A DNA stretch of 64,000 nucleotides from Candidatus Rifleibacteriota bacterium (GCA_028689875.1 JAQVCG010000002.1:3086-67085), one strand, 5' to 3'. Shown: positions 1 to 9,823, counted from the first letter of the stretch. Translations and numbers: made by a program. The notes: generated by a model from the letters alone, not told the origin.

Positions 1-138
1 TACAACATCAATCCTGATGAAGAATATCGTGTTGAAGACCTTATTACCGGGGAAGTTTATGTTTGGCGCGGTTCAAAAAACTATGTTGAACTAAACCCCG
101 AAAAAGAACCTGCACACTTGTTGAGAATAATTAAGTAA
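1..138 (+). CDS. glgE: 3' end of probable alpha-1,4-glucan:maltose-1-phosphate maltosyltransferase (partial)
   Basis: Manual frame-1 translation YNINPDEEYRVEDLITGEVYVWRGSKNYVELNPEKEPAHLLRIIK* resembles the GlgE C-terminal pattern (V.DL..G..Y.W....NYV.L.P...PAH). Too short for the ORF track. Confidence 0.7.
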   Translation, partial: YNINPDEEYRVEDLITGEVYVWRGSKNYVELNPEKEPAHLLRIIK

Positions 139-141
139 TTT

Positions 142-816
142 TTACTTTTTGTTTGTGGCGTTGTAGCTGTCAGCTACGCGCCACAAATACCAAGTTGCAA
201 TTGATCTGTAGGGTTTCCATTTTTCTGATTGTTCCCTAAACTCGTTTATAGAGGGCAGGGTAGGGAAAGTTCCCATTAATAGCGCGAGCCCTTTTTGAAG
301 TCCGTAGTCTTTTAGCGAAGTGACGTCTGCTCGCCCTAGTCTGAATATTAAAATCATTTCTACTGTCCAACGGCCTATACCTTTAATTTGAGTAAGGGTT
401 TTAATAATTTCTTCATTGGCCATCTGTTTAATTTTATTTTCGTCGGGCAGGTTATTTGCGAGAGCAAATTCTGATAAATCTCTTATTGCGATTGCTTTGT
501 TTCTTGAAAGTCCCGCAGCGCGCAGTTCTTCTTCAGATGCTCTTATGACATCGAGCGGTAATATTTGAGATGAACTAGAGAATAAGCGTAAAACACGTTT
601 ATAAATTGTTTCGGCAGCTTTAGCGGTTAATTGTTGGTATATTATTGATTCAATGAGGGCTATAAATAAAGAGTTTGAATTGTTTGGTTTAATTTCGAAA
701 TTTGGGATTGCTTTTATAATGGGTGTAAAACGTTTGTCAGTTTTTTTAATGTAGCGTAAAGCTTTTTTTATATCAATGTCATCAAAAGTTGATAATTCGG
801 GTGACAATTCGTGCAT
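142..816 (-). CDS. DNA-3-methyladenine glycosylase II (AlkA family, HhH-GPD)
   Basis: SIIYQQL, LRAAGLSRNK, HhH motif IKGIGRWT, catalytic Asp in KDYGL, WKPYRSIATWYLW. Confidence 0.9.
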   Translation of the reverse strand: MHELSPELSTFDDIDIKKALRYIKKTDKRFTPIIKAIPNFEIKPNNSNSLFIALIESIIYQQLTAKAAETIYKRVLRLFSSSSQILPLDVIRASEEELRAAGLSRNKAIAIRDLSEFALANNLPDENKIKQMANEEIIKTLTQIKGIGRWTVEMILIFRLGRADVTSLKDYGLQKGLALLMGTFPTLPSINEFREQSEKWKPYRSIATWYLWRVADSYNATNKK

Positions 817-894
817 TGTTTTACCTCACCCCACGAATTATATCATATTATTAACTTGAAAATCATAGAAATTACCTACAATGAGCTTAATTTA

Positions 895-903
895 TGGTAT
901 AAT
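895..903 (+). promoter_or_regulatory. extended -10 promoter (TGnTATAAT), probably giving a leaderless mRNA
   Basis: TGGTATAAT ends 8 nt before the ATG at 912; no Shine-Dalgarno present. Confidence 0.55.
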
Positions 904-911
904 TTCAAATT

Positions 912-1457
912 ATGACTAAATATTGTGTCTTATTAGTATTGTTAGCGGTATTTACTCCGTTATACTCAGGTGCCGTTTCTTTGACTTCGGCCGAAGTTAA
1001 GCTTGCAAACGACATTTCACTTTATCTTGACCAAAAACCGGATGAGCATGCTCTAAAGTTTTGCGAGTATGCGATTAACAGTGAGAGCGTTGTTTTAAGA
1101 GGATTAGCTGTAACAATTTTAAATAAGCATTTTGGCGACCCTTATCGTGCAGCATTTTTGAAAAGTTATACTCTAAATCCAAAAAATGACAATTTTGTGT
1201 GCGATAAAAAGGTAACGGTCAAAATAGAGAACTTGAAAAAATTACTTGAACCATACGAAAACATGCTTAAACAAATTGAAGATGTAAGGGTCCGCAATTT
1301 GTTTTTGTTTTATCATTTCAGACATAAAAATGTGCTAGTTCTTGGTGAAGCCAGAGAAGAACTGAGTCTTGCTCTGTTTTATCGTTTGGCTTTTTTAACA
1401 GAAGTTTTTGAAGATGAAACATATGTAAAACAGCTTGTTCAAGAAGCTGACAGATAA
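912..1457 (+). CDS. hypothetical exported protein
   Basis: 181-aa ORF with an N-terminal hydrophobic signal-like segment; no family recognised. Confidence 0.7.
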   Translation: MTKYCVLLVLLAVFTPLYSGAVSLTSAEVKLANDISLYLDQKPDEHALKFCEYAINSESVVLRGLAVTILNKHFGDPYRAAFLKSYTLNPKNDNFVCDKKVTVKIENLKKLLEPYENMLKQIEDVRVRNLFLFYHFRHKNVLVLGEAREELSLALFYRLAFLTEVFEDETYVKQLVQEADR

Positions 1458-1475
1458 TATAAGAGGTGTTTTATA

Positions 1476-3149
1476 ATGGCTGAAAAATATATTTTCACAA
1501 TGCTGGGTTTAAACAAGTTCTACGGAACCCGACAAGTGCTCAAAGACATAAATCTTTGCTTTTTTCCCGGGGCAAAAATCGGCATAGTCGGGGCTAACGG
1601 TGCCGGTAAGAGTACGATTCTAAAGATTATGGCCGGTCTGGACAAAGATTACAGAGGGCAAGCCGACCTTACCAAGGGCTATAAAGTCGGTTTTGTACCG
1701 CAAGAACCGGTTTTAGAAAAAGGTAAAACTGTCAGGCAGAACATAGAGGGCGCCTTTGCAGAAATTATTGCGATGATCCATGAATACGAAGAAATATCTA
1801 CCTCAATGTGTGACTTAGATCCTTCTGAAATGGACAAAGCAATGGAAAAACTTGCAAAACTGCAAGATAAAATCGATGCTTGTTCAGGCTGGGATCTCGA
1901 TACAAAGCTTAATGTGGCTGCAAATGCTTTGGTTTTGCCGCCCGATGATATGATTGTGGATGACCTTTCCGGCGGGGAAAAGCGCAGAGTTGCATTGTGT
2001 CGTGCATTGCTTGAACAGCCAGATTTGTTGCTTTTAGACGAACCTACAAACCATCTTGATGCGCAGACGGTTGCTTGGCTTGAAAATTATCTTAAAGACT
2101 ATCCCGGAACAGTCATAATATCGACTCACGACCGTTATTTCTTGGATAATATAACAAAATGGATCCTAGAGCTTGAAGATGGTTATGGCATTCCTTTTGA
2201 AGGCAATTACAGCTCTTGGCTTGCACAAAAGCTTGAGATAATTGCTCAAAGCGAAAAGAAAGAGAGTGCCCGCAGAAAATCATTAGAGCGAGAACTTAAA
2301 TGGATACGAATGAATACGGGCGATAGAAAAGAACTGCAGCGCGAGCGAATAGCCCATTTTGAAGATTTGGTTACCAAAGAAAAAGCCGCTGATAAAGGTG
2401 ACGAAACTGTTATACAAATCGCACCTGCTGAACACTTAGGCGATTTAGTCGTTGATTTTAACTCTGTTTCAAAGGCTTATGCCGAAAATAAACTCTTAGA
2501 CAACGTAAGTTTTTCTCTGCCAAAAGGCGCAATTGTTGGAATTATCGGGCCAAATGGCGCAGGTAAGACAACAATGTTCAAAATGATTGCTAAAACTGAA
2601 ACGCCAAATAATGGCGAAATTGTCGTTGGTCCTACAGTGAAATTGGCATGGGTGGATCAACACAGAGATTGTTTAGACCCAGAAAAAACTGTTTTTGATG
2701 AAATAAGCGACGGCTTAGATGATGTACAGTTTGGTAAAATTAAGATTCCTTCAAGAGCTTATTGCGGACGTTTCGGTTTTAAAGGGCAAGACCAGCAAAA
2801 GAAAGTGGGCAATCTTTCGGGAGGAGAAAGAAACAGGGTTCATTTAGCTAAAATCGTTAAATCGGGCGGAAACCTTTTGATGCTTGACGAACCTACGAAC
2901 GACCTTGACGTCTCAACTTTACGACTCTTAGAAGACGCCATCGCCGACTTTGCAGGCTGCGCACTAGTTATAAGCCACGATCGCTTTTTCCTTAATAGAG
3001 TGTGCACTCATCTTTTAGTATTTGAAGGTGACGCAAAAGTTAAATGGTTCGAAGGAAACTTCGAAGATTATGAAAATATGTATTTGAAAAAACTTGGTTC
3101 ATCCGCTCAAGAGGGGCGAAGAGCGAAGTTTAGAAAGTTCTCTTTGTAA
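1476..3149 (+). CDS. ettA: energy-dependent translational throttle protein EttA (ABC-F)
   Basis: N-terminus YIFTM..LNK..LKDINLCFFPGAKIG typical of EttA; two ABC domains (GANGAGKS, LSGGE, GPNGAGKT, LSGGERNR); SRAYCGRFGFKGQDQQKKVG; RBS AGAGGTG. Confidence 0.93.
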   Translation: MAEKYIFTMLGLNKFYGTRQVLKDINLCFFPGAKIGIVGANGAGKSTILKIMAGLDKDYRGQADLTKGYKVGFVPQEPVLEKGKTVRQNIEGAFAEIIAMIHEYEEISTSMCDLDPSEMDKAMEKLAKLQDKIDACSGWDLDTKLNVAANALVLPPDDMIVDDLSGGEKRRVALCRALLEQPDLLLLDEPTNHLDAQTVAWLENYLKDYPGTVIISTHDRYFLDNITKWILELEDGYGIPFEGNYSSWLAQKLEIIAQSEKKESARRKSLERELKWIRMNTGDRKELQRERIAHFEDLVTKEKAADKGDETVIQIAPAEHLGDLVVDFNSVSKAYAENKLLDNVSFSLPKGAIVGIIGPNGAGKTTMFKMIAKTETPNNGEIVVGPTVKLAWVDQHRDCLDPEKTVFDEISDGLDDVQFGKIKIPSRAYCGRFGFKGQDQQKKVGNLSGGERNRVHLAKIVKSGGNLLMLDEPTNDLDVSTLRLLEDAIADFAGCALVISHDRFFLNRVCTHLLVFEGDAKVKWFEGNFEDYENMYLKKLGSSAQEGRRAKFRKFSL

Positions 3150-3185
3150 ACATATTAAAGCTGTATCGTTTTAAGGAGGAGAGTA

Positions 3186-5684
3186 ATGAGTAAAGTTTTG
3201 GTCAGGCGTTTAATTTGTTCTGTTTTGGTTTTGCTAATGGCTTTTGAGCCGGCAGTGCTACCCGTTTTAAGGGCTTCTGAGTATGATGCCGCAGTTCAAA
3301 GCATTCAAATAGATCCCGAAGAAGTCGGGTCTGTTAACCTTGAAGAGATAATGACGCCTGCCGAGCTTTTAGACGGTTTTTTCAATTTGAAAGGCAAAAC
3401 GGCTGAAGACGCAGAGGTGCGTTCTTGGGCTGAATGGGGCAATACTTTGGCCGCTTCTTACATGGCATTAGACGAAGGAGCCGGCGACGTATTCACCTTT
3501 TATGATGGCTTGGTAATATTTAAAGATGCTGTTTCAGTTCCGAAAGATATTGCCGGAACTCTTACCGACATAGTTAAAAATACGGTTTTGGCAACCGCAT
3601 TTTTGAAAACAAAATTGCTTAGCGATACGGGAACAAGAGCTGCGAATACGAGAAATGCCTTTAATGGCCTGGTAAGATTCAATAGCTTTGCTGAAAACGC
3701 CTCAAATTGGATATCTCAAAACAAAGTATTCAATTTTTTAGAGTTTTGTTCTGCTCCGTCATGCCCTGTCGACACGAAAAATGCTGCCAAAGGATTTGAC
3801 GCATACTGGCGCTGGGTTAAAAAAGCTCCTGTTGAAGGCGAAGGGGCTGTAAATCTGAACAACGCACAGGGTGTCGCAAGAACTATTGGTATCGGCCTTT
3901 CGGTGCTTGGGTTAGCTTTGAGCTTATACAGTTATTTTTCTGCCGAAGATTTTGCCGGAGGCCGTCTCGGTGCTTATAATATGGTAAAAAAATCAATCAG
4001 CGTTGCTTTAGGTGTTTGTGGTATTTTAGCCATGTTTATACCCGGACTGGGGCAGGCAATTGCTATTGCCGCCTTGGTTATAGGAATAGTAACAATGATT
4101 GGTGACGCAATAGGCAAATTAAATAAGTGTTGGAAGCAGGCTTATTTTACTTCGGCCTGGTATTTATATGAGAATGATCCTGAGTATGTAACTTTTTACG
4201 ATGAACGTGACAGTTTGCTTGATGAAGAAATGTCAGATACATTAGCTCTTATTCATAAGAATTACGCTGAATATGCCGGAGCTGATGAAAACAGCGAAGA
4301 TGAAGTAGAAGCGCGAAATGCCAGAGTATTTAAAGCCCTTGAAAAACAAGGTGTTCTGACCAGTTATTATGCTTGCAAAGATTATGAACTTGATTCTTAC
4401 GATTTAGATTATTTACAAAAACTTTGGAGTGCAAAACGCGCTTACATGGCTTATAAGCCCACTGAAGAAGAAGCAAAAAAAGCAGAGACCGCAAGCGGTT
4501 GGGACAAGTTTTGCAACTCAATTAACCCCATGACCCACATTAAATTTGTAGCTAATAAAATAGGGTCTCGCGATTATAACAAGCTGTCTAAAAACGAAAA
4601 TCTCAAACCTGTATATTTTAACCCTGATTATATTTTGATAAAACGTTTCAGAAGCTACACAACCAATCGCGATTTGACCGGGCCTTTGCATCGAACTGTT
4701 GCTCTTAGAATAGAACAATCTCCATTTAACTATATTCCTCTGGTGGGAATAGATCCCGCTGAATGGAGCGATGAACTGCTCAGTTCTGCTTATTTGGCAG
4801 ATGCCTTTATGGTTGGACAAAAAGAAATAGATGCTTTGTCTATAGTTATAAAAGAGCTTTCTTCTCAGGTTGACGATAAAATTGATACTGCTGAAGATAA
4901 AGTTGAACTCATCGAAAAAGATTTAAAATCTTCTGTAAAAGTGAAAAAAGCTCTGAGAGAATTACTTGAAAACTATAAAAATGATCCAGATAAAGTTTCT
5001 AAGAGGCTTTACTCGAAAATTACTAAAACCTTAAAAACTGATAAAGATTTTAATAATAAAAAAACACCTAAGAATATAATAAATGAATACAAAAACGAAA
5101 TTGAACAGGTGTTGTTTTATGAGCCTCTCTCATTAGGGTATAAAGCATTCGAAATGGTCGCAGCCATGGATGCCGCCAAGCAGATATTAGACTCGGGCGC
5201 AATTGTTAAAAGTTACTACGAAAACAGAAAAGCAACTTTTGATGAATTTGACGAAAAGTTTAAAGATGGCCCAATTAAAGATTATGTAAAAGACGGCAAC
5301 TTTTTAAACAATATAAAAGATAGCGCCGGAGAATACATACTAGACTGGCTGAGCGAAGATTATTCAACTTACGATAACATGAAAAAAGGTTTAAATTTGT
5401 TTAAGAATTCGGTTAAAAAATACGAAAACACAGTTGATGATCTTGATACAGATGATTTTATAGAAACTTTGAATGATTTAAATGCCCAATTAACTGATTG
5501 GCAGTCGCTCATTGAAGAATATAGCGAATACGCGGACGACTTAGAAATGAACGTTTTATTGGCCGAAGATACAGAATTTGCAAATAAAATATTCTTTGAA
5601 TATAAGCTTCCTTATGAGCTGAAAGCGCTTGATCCGTCAAAAGAAATTGCAGAATATGTGGCAGAAGCGGCATCAAATTATTGA
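3186..5684 (+). CDS. large secreted hypothetical protein with internal hydrophobic helical hairpin
   Basis: Strong RBS AAGGAGGAG; Sec-like signal peptide; hydrophobic segments around aa 234-310; charged helical C-terminal half. Confidence 0.8.
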   Translation: MSKVLVRRLICSVLVLLMAFEPAVLPVLRASEYDAAVQSIQIDPEEVGSVNLEEIMTPAELLDGFFNLKGKTAEDAEVRSWAEWGNTLAASYMALDEGAGDVFTFYDGLVIFKDAVSVPKDIAGTLTDIVKNTVLATAFLKTKLLSDTGTRAANTRNAFNGLVRFNSFAENASNWISQNKVFNFLEFCSAPSCPVDTKNAAKGFDAYWRWVKKAPVEGEGAVNLNNAQGVARTIGIGLSVLGLALSLYSYFSAEDFAGGRLGAYNMVKKSISVALGVCGILAMFIPGLGQAIAIAALVIGIVTMIGDAIGKLNKCWKQAYFTSAWYLYENDPEYVTFYDERDSLLDEEMSDTLALIHKNYAEYAGADENSEDEVEARNARVFKALEKQGVLTSYYACKDYELDSYDLDYLQKLWSAKRAYMAYKPTEEEAKKAETASGWDKFCNSINPMTHIKFVANKIGSRDYNKLSKNENLKPVYFNPDYILIKRFRSYTTNRDLTGPLHRTVALRIEQSPFNYIPLVGIDPAEWSDELLSSAYLADAFMVGQKEIDALSIVIKELSSQVDDKIDTAEDKVELIEKDLKSSVKVKKALRELLENYKNDPDKVSKRLYSKITKTLKTDKDFNNKKTPKNIINEYKNEIEQVLFYEPLSLGYKAFEMVAAMDAAKQILDSGAIVKSYYENRKATFDEFDEKFKDGPIKDYVKDGNFLNNIKDSAGEYILDWLSEDYSTYDNMKKGLNLFKNSVKKYENTVDDLDTDDFIETLNDLNAQLTDWQSLIEEYSEYADDLEMNVLLAEDTEFANKIFFEYKLPYELKALDPSKEIAEYVAEAASNY

Positions 5685-6196
5685 GGCCAAATTTCGGGAT
5701 TAGGGCTTAAAAGCCTTAATATTACTTCTTCGAACTTAATTTGATATTCTTTATTAAAGTGCTCTTCAAGTCTGATAAAAGCCGAGCTTGAAGAGCCTTT
5801 AATTTTTATGATTAGCATAAACAGACACATCATCTCACGCTCACCCCATAGGGGACCCCGCTCTATATCAAGGGCTATGCCGTTTTCAAATATGAAGATT
5901 CCAAGTTCGTAAAGCCCAAACTTCTTAATATTTAAATCAGAAACCATAAAGTGAAAAGGGTAAACTTTTCTTTTGCACACGAGGTCTGCCGCATTGCCAA
6001 GCTCGTCAATTCCATGCAAAGATTTGGTTTCGATTGTTTGAAGCGTGGGTCGCCCTATAAGCGAAGATGCGCTTTTACGAATTAAATTATAACCGCTTAT
6101 TACCTCAGAGGTGTTTAAACCGTTAATGCATATTTCCGGAAAAGTACCGTCTTTAATGTCGAAAAAATCGTGAACGCTATTCCAAAGCCATCCCAT
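5678..6196 (-). CDS. hypothetical protein
   Basis: 172-aa ORF overlapping the upstream HAD gene; last gene of a minus-strand operon. Confidence 0.7.
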   Translation of the reverse strand: MGWLWNSVHDFFDIKDGTFPEICINGLNTSEVISGYNLIRKSASSLIGRPTLQTIETKSLHGIDELGNAADLVCKRKVYPFHFMVSDLNIKKFGLYELGIFIFENGIALDIERGPLWGEREMMCLFMLIIKIKGSSSSAFIRLEEHFNKEYQIKFEEVILRLLSPNPEIWPQ

Positions 6197-7529
6197 TTAA
6201 ATTAATTATCCGATATTTATCTATTTTGTATTTTTTTATTACGGTTTCTACCAAAGACTCTCTCACAACTAACGTAACTTTCATTCCGCTGTTTAAGCAG
6301 TCTTTTATCAGCTGTGAAAAACCTGTCTCTCTTGATTCGAGATGCGCAACCTCATCAATATAAAAGTGTTTAACATTATTTGTTTGAGCTTCATTGAATA
6401 TTCTCTTTGCAAAATCAAAACCTTCTTTGCAAAAACTGTAATTTTCATTAAGTCTTTCAGCCTCGTTCCAGTTTTCGGGCAAATGCTGGATTTTTCTGAT
6501 AAATTCGCATTTTTCACCATTTGTAAGACGAACAAGGTCATAACCTATATGAACATTGTCAGGTGTTCTGACTTTAACGCAAGCAAAGCCATCGGCACTT
6601 CCTACCGGCAAATTTTGTTTTTTAAAGTCTTCTGCCAAAGAACTGGTTTTGCCTGAATTTACGCGTCCGGTAATGATTCGGTGAGTGTGTTCACCTCTGT
6701 TGCCTTCACTTAGCCATTCATAGATTGCTTTGGCAAAACCGTTTTCGTTATGATGAGGGGCCGTCTTATAACGCATAAGAATATCTTTAGGAGCATTAGA
6801 AACCGCATAAGCATCATTTGTCCACTCAAGCATTTCCATGTCGTTGTAATCGTTGCCTATGCTCACTGTTTGATTGTGTTTTATTCCAAGATGATTGCAT
6901 AACCAGGCTGCGCCGTGCCCTTTTGAAACTCGTTTTGAAAAGACTTCTATCCAAGTAAATTCTGGGTTGATGGGCGAAGTTGTTCTAATTATGCTTAATT
7001 GCGGAAAAAGGTTTTTCATTTCTTCAATAATGCCTACTGCATCTTTGGAAATAGCCAAAAATTGTGTGGCGCTATTAAGTCGTTTTAGCTTTTCTTTGCT
7101 GCCTTTTTCTGCAAATTCTTTAAGATAAAAAAGTCTTGATTCAAGGTCAGAAGTTGCCACTGTTCCCGAAAACCAATAAAATTTATGATTATCGGGTATT
7201 GGAAAATGTACCGAAAAATCTATTTTTTTTTCGAAAAAATAGTCTGCCAATGGAATAATATACTTTTGTGGTATTTCGTGTCTGCAGATTATGTAGTCAT
7301 CTTTAAAAGAGCAGATTCCGGCCCCTGATGAGAAAATTAAATAATCAAAAGGCAAGTCGTAAGCTATAACTTCGCGAGCTGAGTTAAGTGTTCTTCCGGT
7401 GCAAGCGGTTCTTACTATTTTATGTTGCCCCAAAAACTCAAGTGCATCAATATTTTCTTGACTGATTTCTCCGTCAGCGTTGAGAAACGTTCCGTCTAGA
7501 TCTGTCAGCATCATTCCTTCGTATTTCAT
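6177..7529 (-). CDS. Cof-type HAD-IIB hydrolase fused to a C-terminal P-loop NTPase-like domain
   Basis: HAD motifs TDLDGT, CTGR, SKGHG, GNDYNDMEM; C-terminal ITGRVNSGKTS and FYIDEVAHLE. Start moved to ATG 7529, 1 nt after the pdxK stop. Confidence 0.85.
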   Translation of the reverse strand: MKYEGMMLTDLDGTFLNADGEISQENIDALEFLGQHKIVRTACTGRTLNSAREVIAYDLPFDYLIFSSGAGICSFKDDYIICRHEIPQKYIIPLADYFFEKKIDFSVHFPIPDNHKFYWFSGTVATSDLESRLFYLKEFAEKGSKEKLKRLNSATQFLAISKDAVGIIEEMKNLFPQLSIIRTTSPINPEFTWIEVFSKRVSKGHGAAWLCNHLGIKHNQTVSIGNDYNDMEMLEWTNDAYAVSNAPKDILMRYKTAPHHNENGFAKAIYEWLSEGNRGEHTHRIITGRVNSGKTSSLAEDFKKQNLPVGSADGFACVKVRTPDNVHIGYDLVRLTNGEKCEFIRKIQHLPENWNEAERLNENYSFCKEGFDFAKRIFNEAQTNNVKHFYIDEVAHLESRETGFSQLIKDCLNSGMKVTLVVRESLVETVIKKYKIDKYRIINLNGMALE

Positions 7530-7530
7530 T

Positions 7531-8412
7531 TTATTCCTCATCAAGCAATATAAAACTTCCCGGCTGAAACGGAGCACTTAAATTAGGCAAAACTTTTTCG
7601 AGATAAATTCCGTATTTGGGATCATGCTGGTATCCATATGATGCCCTGATTGCAGTAGTAATAAAATGAACCGCACGATCAAGGGCGATGGGCAAGCTGT
7701 CGCCCTGAAGTAAACAACCGGTAACTACGCTTGTGAAAGCGTCTCCGGTGCCCGGGTAATTTGCGGGAACATAGTCGCAGCACACTTTCCAAAAATGTTT
7801 GGTTAAACTGCTATATGCATAAACATAGGTTTGCCGTTTTTTGTCAGAGCGGTTAACGTTAGTCATAATGACCGTTTTAGGGCCTTTATCGCTCAAACTT
7901 TTTAATATTTGTTTGATTGTTCGCTCTTCTTGTTTGGCTTTATATGGCATATCAAGCAGTGCACAAGCTTCGGTAACATTTGGTGTAATAACATCGGCGC
8001 TCAATATCAGGTTCTTCATTTCTCTAATCATATCTTCGTTCATAGAGCTGTATAACCTGCCGTTGTCGCCTAATACCGGGTCTATGACAACCAGTGTGTC
8101 TTTTTTTCTGAAAAAACTAATAAAATTTTTAACGACATCTATTTGCAGCGGAGAGCCTAAAAAACCGCTGTATATAGCATTAAACTTAACGTCTAGAGTT
8201 TTCCAGTGTTCGATTACGGCTTTCATGGCATCTGTTAAATCAAATAATCTGTAGCCTTCTATTTCTGTGTTAGAAGAAAGTAACGCAGTCGGAAGAGGAC
8301 AAACTTGAAAGCCCATTGAAGAAAGAATAGGAATTACCGCTGTTAAAGAGACTTTTCCGAGTCCTGAAAGGTCATGGATAGCCGCAACCTTTTTGCATGG
8401 ATTTTGAAACAT
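7531..8412 (-). CDS. pdxK: pyridoxal/pyridoxamine kinase (ribokinase superfamily)
   Basis: AIHDLSGLGKVSL, IYSGFLGS, IDPVLGDNGRLY, ITPNVTEA, YPGTGDAFTS. Confidence 0.88.
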   Translation of the reverse strand: MFQNPCKKVAAIHDLSGLGKVSLTAVIPILSSMGFQVCPLPTALLSSNTEIEGYRLFDLTDAMKAVIEHWKTLDVKFNAIYSGFLGSPLQIDVVKNFISFFRKKDTLVVIDPVLGDNGRLYSSMNEDMIREMKNLILSADVITPNVTEACALLDMPYKAKQEERTIKQILKSLSDKGPKTVIMTNVNRSDKKRQTYVYAYSSLTKHFWKVCCDYVPANYPGTGDAFTSVVTGCLLQGDSLPIALDRAVHFITTAIRASYGYQHDPKYGIYLEKVLPNLSAPFQPGSFILLDEE

Positions 8413-8427
8413 ATTTTTCTTTCGATA

Positions 8428-8457
8428 AAGGCCTTCGGCTATATAGCCGAAGGCCTT
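8428..8457. repeat. perfect 30-bp palindrome (intergenic hairpin)
   Basis: AAGGCCTTCGGCTATATAGCCGAAGGCCTT equals its own reverse complement. Confidence 0.9.
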
Positions 8458-8475
8458 GTCAGATTTTACTACTAA

Positions 8476-9711
8476 TCAGTAGGTGTGAACAACCATTCCG
8501 GATCTGAGTTTTGGTTCAAACCAAGTAGATTTCGGAGGCATTACTTCACCGCTGTCTGCTATATTCATCAATTGTTCGATTGAAGTCGGGAACATGGAGA
8601 AAGCTACAACGAACTTTTTGGAATCTACGATTCTTTCAAGTTCTTTGATTCCTCTTATGCCGCCGATAAAGTCGATGCGTTTATCGGTCCTCGGGTCGCC
8701 GATTCCGAGAATCGGTGATAAAAGGTTTTCTTGCATGATAGAGACGTCAAGGCTCTTAACGGGGTCTTTTTCGTCAAATGTTCCGGGTTTTGCAGTGAGC
8801 TTATACCAGGTTCCTTTGAGATACATCCCAAAAGTGTTTGCTGTTGTGGGCTTTTTATAATCTGCTTTTTCAACGATAAATTTTTCAGAAACTTTTTTAA
8901 TAAATTCTTCGTCACTATTGCCGTTAAGATCCTTTACAGCGCGGTTGTAATCCATGATGTAAAGATGGTTATGCGGGAAAATTACAGACAAAAAGAAGTT
9001 GTATTCTTCATTTCCTGTATGGTTGGGGTTCTTTTCTGCTCTAAGTTTTGCTATTCTGGCAGCAGCTTGAGTTCTGTGATGGCCGTCTGCAACGTATAGA
9101 GCCGGAATTTTTGCAAATTCTTCGGTAATGCTTTTTATCCAAGAAGCATCTTTTACAACCCAAAGAGTGTGACCAATTCCGTCTTCAGAAACAAAATCAA
9201 CATCAGGTTTTCCATCGGTTATTTTTTTAACCAAAGCATTTATAGAATCTTTAGCGGGGTATGTTAAAAATACGGGACCCGCATTCGCGTTTGTAACATC
9301 AACGTGTTTTAAACGATCTTCTTCCTTATCTTTCCTTGTGAATTCATGGCGTTTGATTTTTCCGTCCCAGTATTCCTGGGCGCTTGTGCAGCACATCAGG
9401 CCTATTTGAGTTCTGCCTTCCATTGTTTGTTTATAAATATACAAACAATCTTCATTGTCTCTTACCAAATAGCCTTTATCTTGAAACATTTTAAAGTTTT
9501 CAACTGCTTTGTCATAAACCCTCTGGTCATAAAGATCAATTGATGGTTCTAAGTCTATTTCAGGTTTGTTAATGTGTAAAAAAGACTCTGGGCTGCCTTT
9601 TGCAAGCTCTCTTGCTTCTTCAGAGTTAATTACGTCATATGGAAACGAAGCAACCTTTGATGCGAGCTCAACCGGGGGTCTTAAGCCTTTGAAAGGACGA
9701 ACAATAGCCAT
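8476..9711 (-). CDS. DUF1015 family protein
   Basis: MAIVRPFKGLRP, PYDVI, IKRHEFTR.DKE.DR, LYVADGHHR, MPPKSTWFEPKLRSG; start refined to ATG 9711. Confidence 0.9.
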   Translation of the reverse strand: MAIVRPFKGLRPPVELASKVASFPYDVINSEEARELAKGSPESFLHINKPEIDLEPSIDLYDQRVYDKAVENFKMFQDKGYLVRDNEDCLYIYKQTMEGRTQIGLMCCTSAQEYWDGKIKRHEFTRKDKEEDRLKHVDVTNANAGPVFLTYPAKDSINALVKKITDGKPDVDFVSEDGIGHTLWVVKDASWIKSITEEFAKIPALYVADGHHRTQAAARIAKLRAEKNPNHTGNEEYNFFLSVIFPHNHLYIMDYNRAVKDLNGNSDEEFIKKVSEKFIVEKADYKKPTTANTFGMYLKGTWYKLTAKPGTFDEKDPVKSLDVSIMQENLLSPILGIGDPRTDKRIDFIGGIRGIKELERIVDSKKFVVAFSMFPTSIEQLMNIADSGEVMPPKSTWFEPKLRSGMVVHTY

Positions 9712-9752
9712 TTTTCCTTCTCCTTGATGCATTGTAATAAATCAATGCTCAA

Positions 9753-9781
9753 ATCCTATCAATTAGAACTCAAAGTGTCAA
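9753..9781 (-). promoter_or_regulatory. sigma70-type promoter for the DUF1015-pdxK operon
   Basis: TTGACA-N17-TAGGAT with TGn extension on the minus strand. Confidence 0.6.
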
Positions 9782-9823
9782 CTGTTAAGATTTCTTTATT
9801 AGCATGACTTAAGAATATAACTC

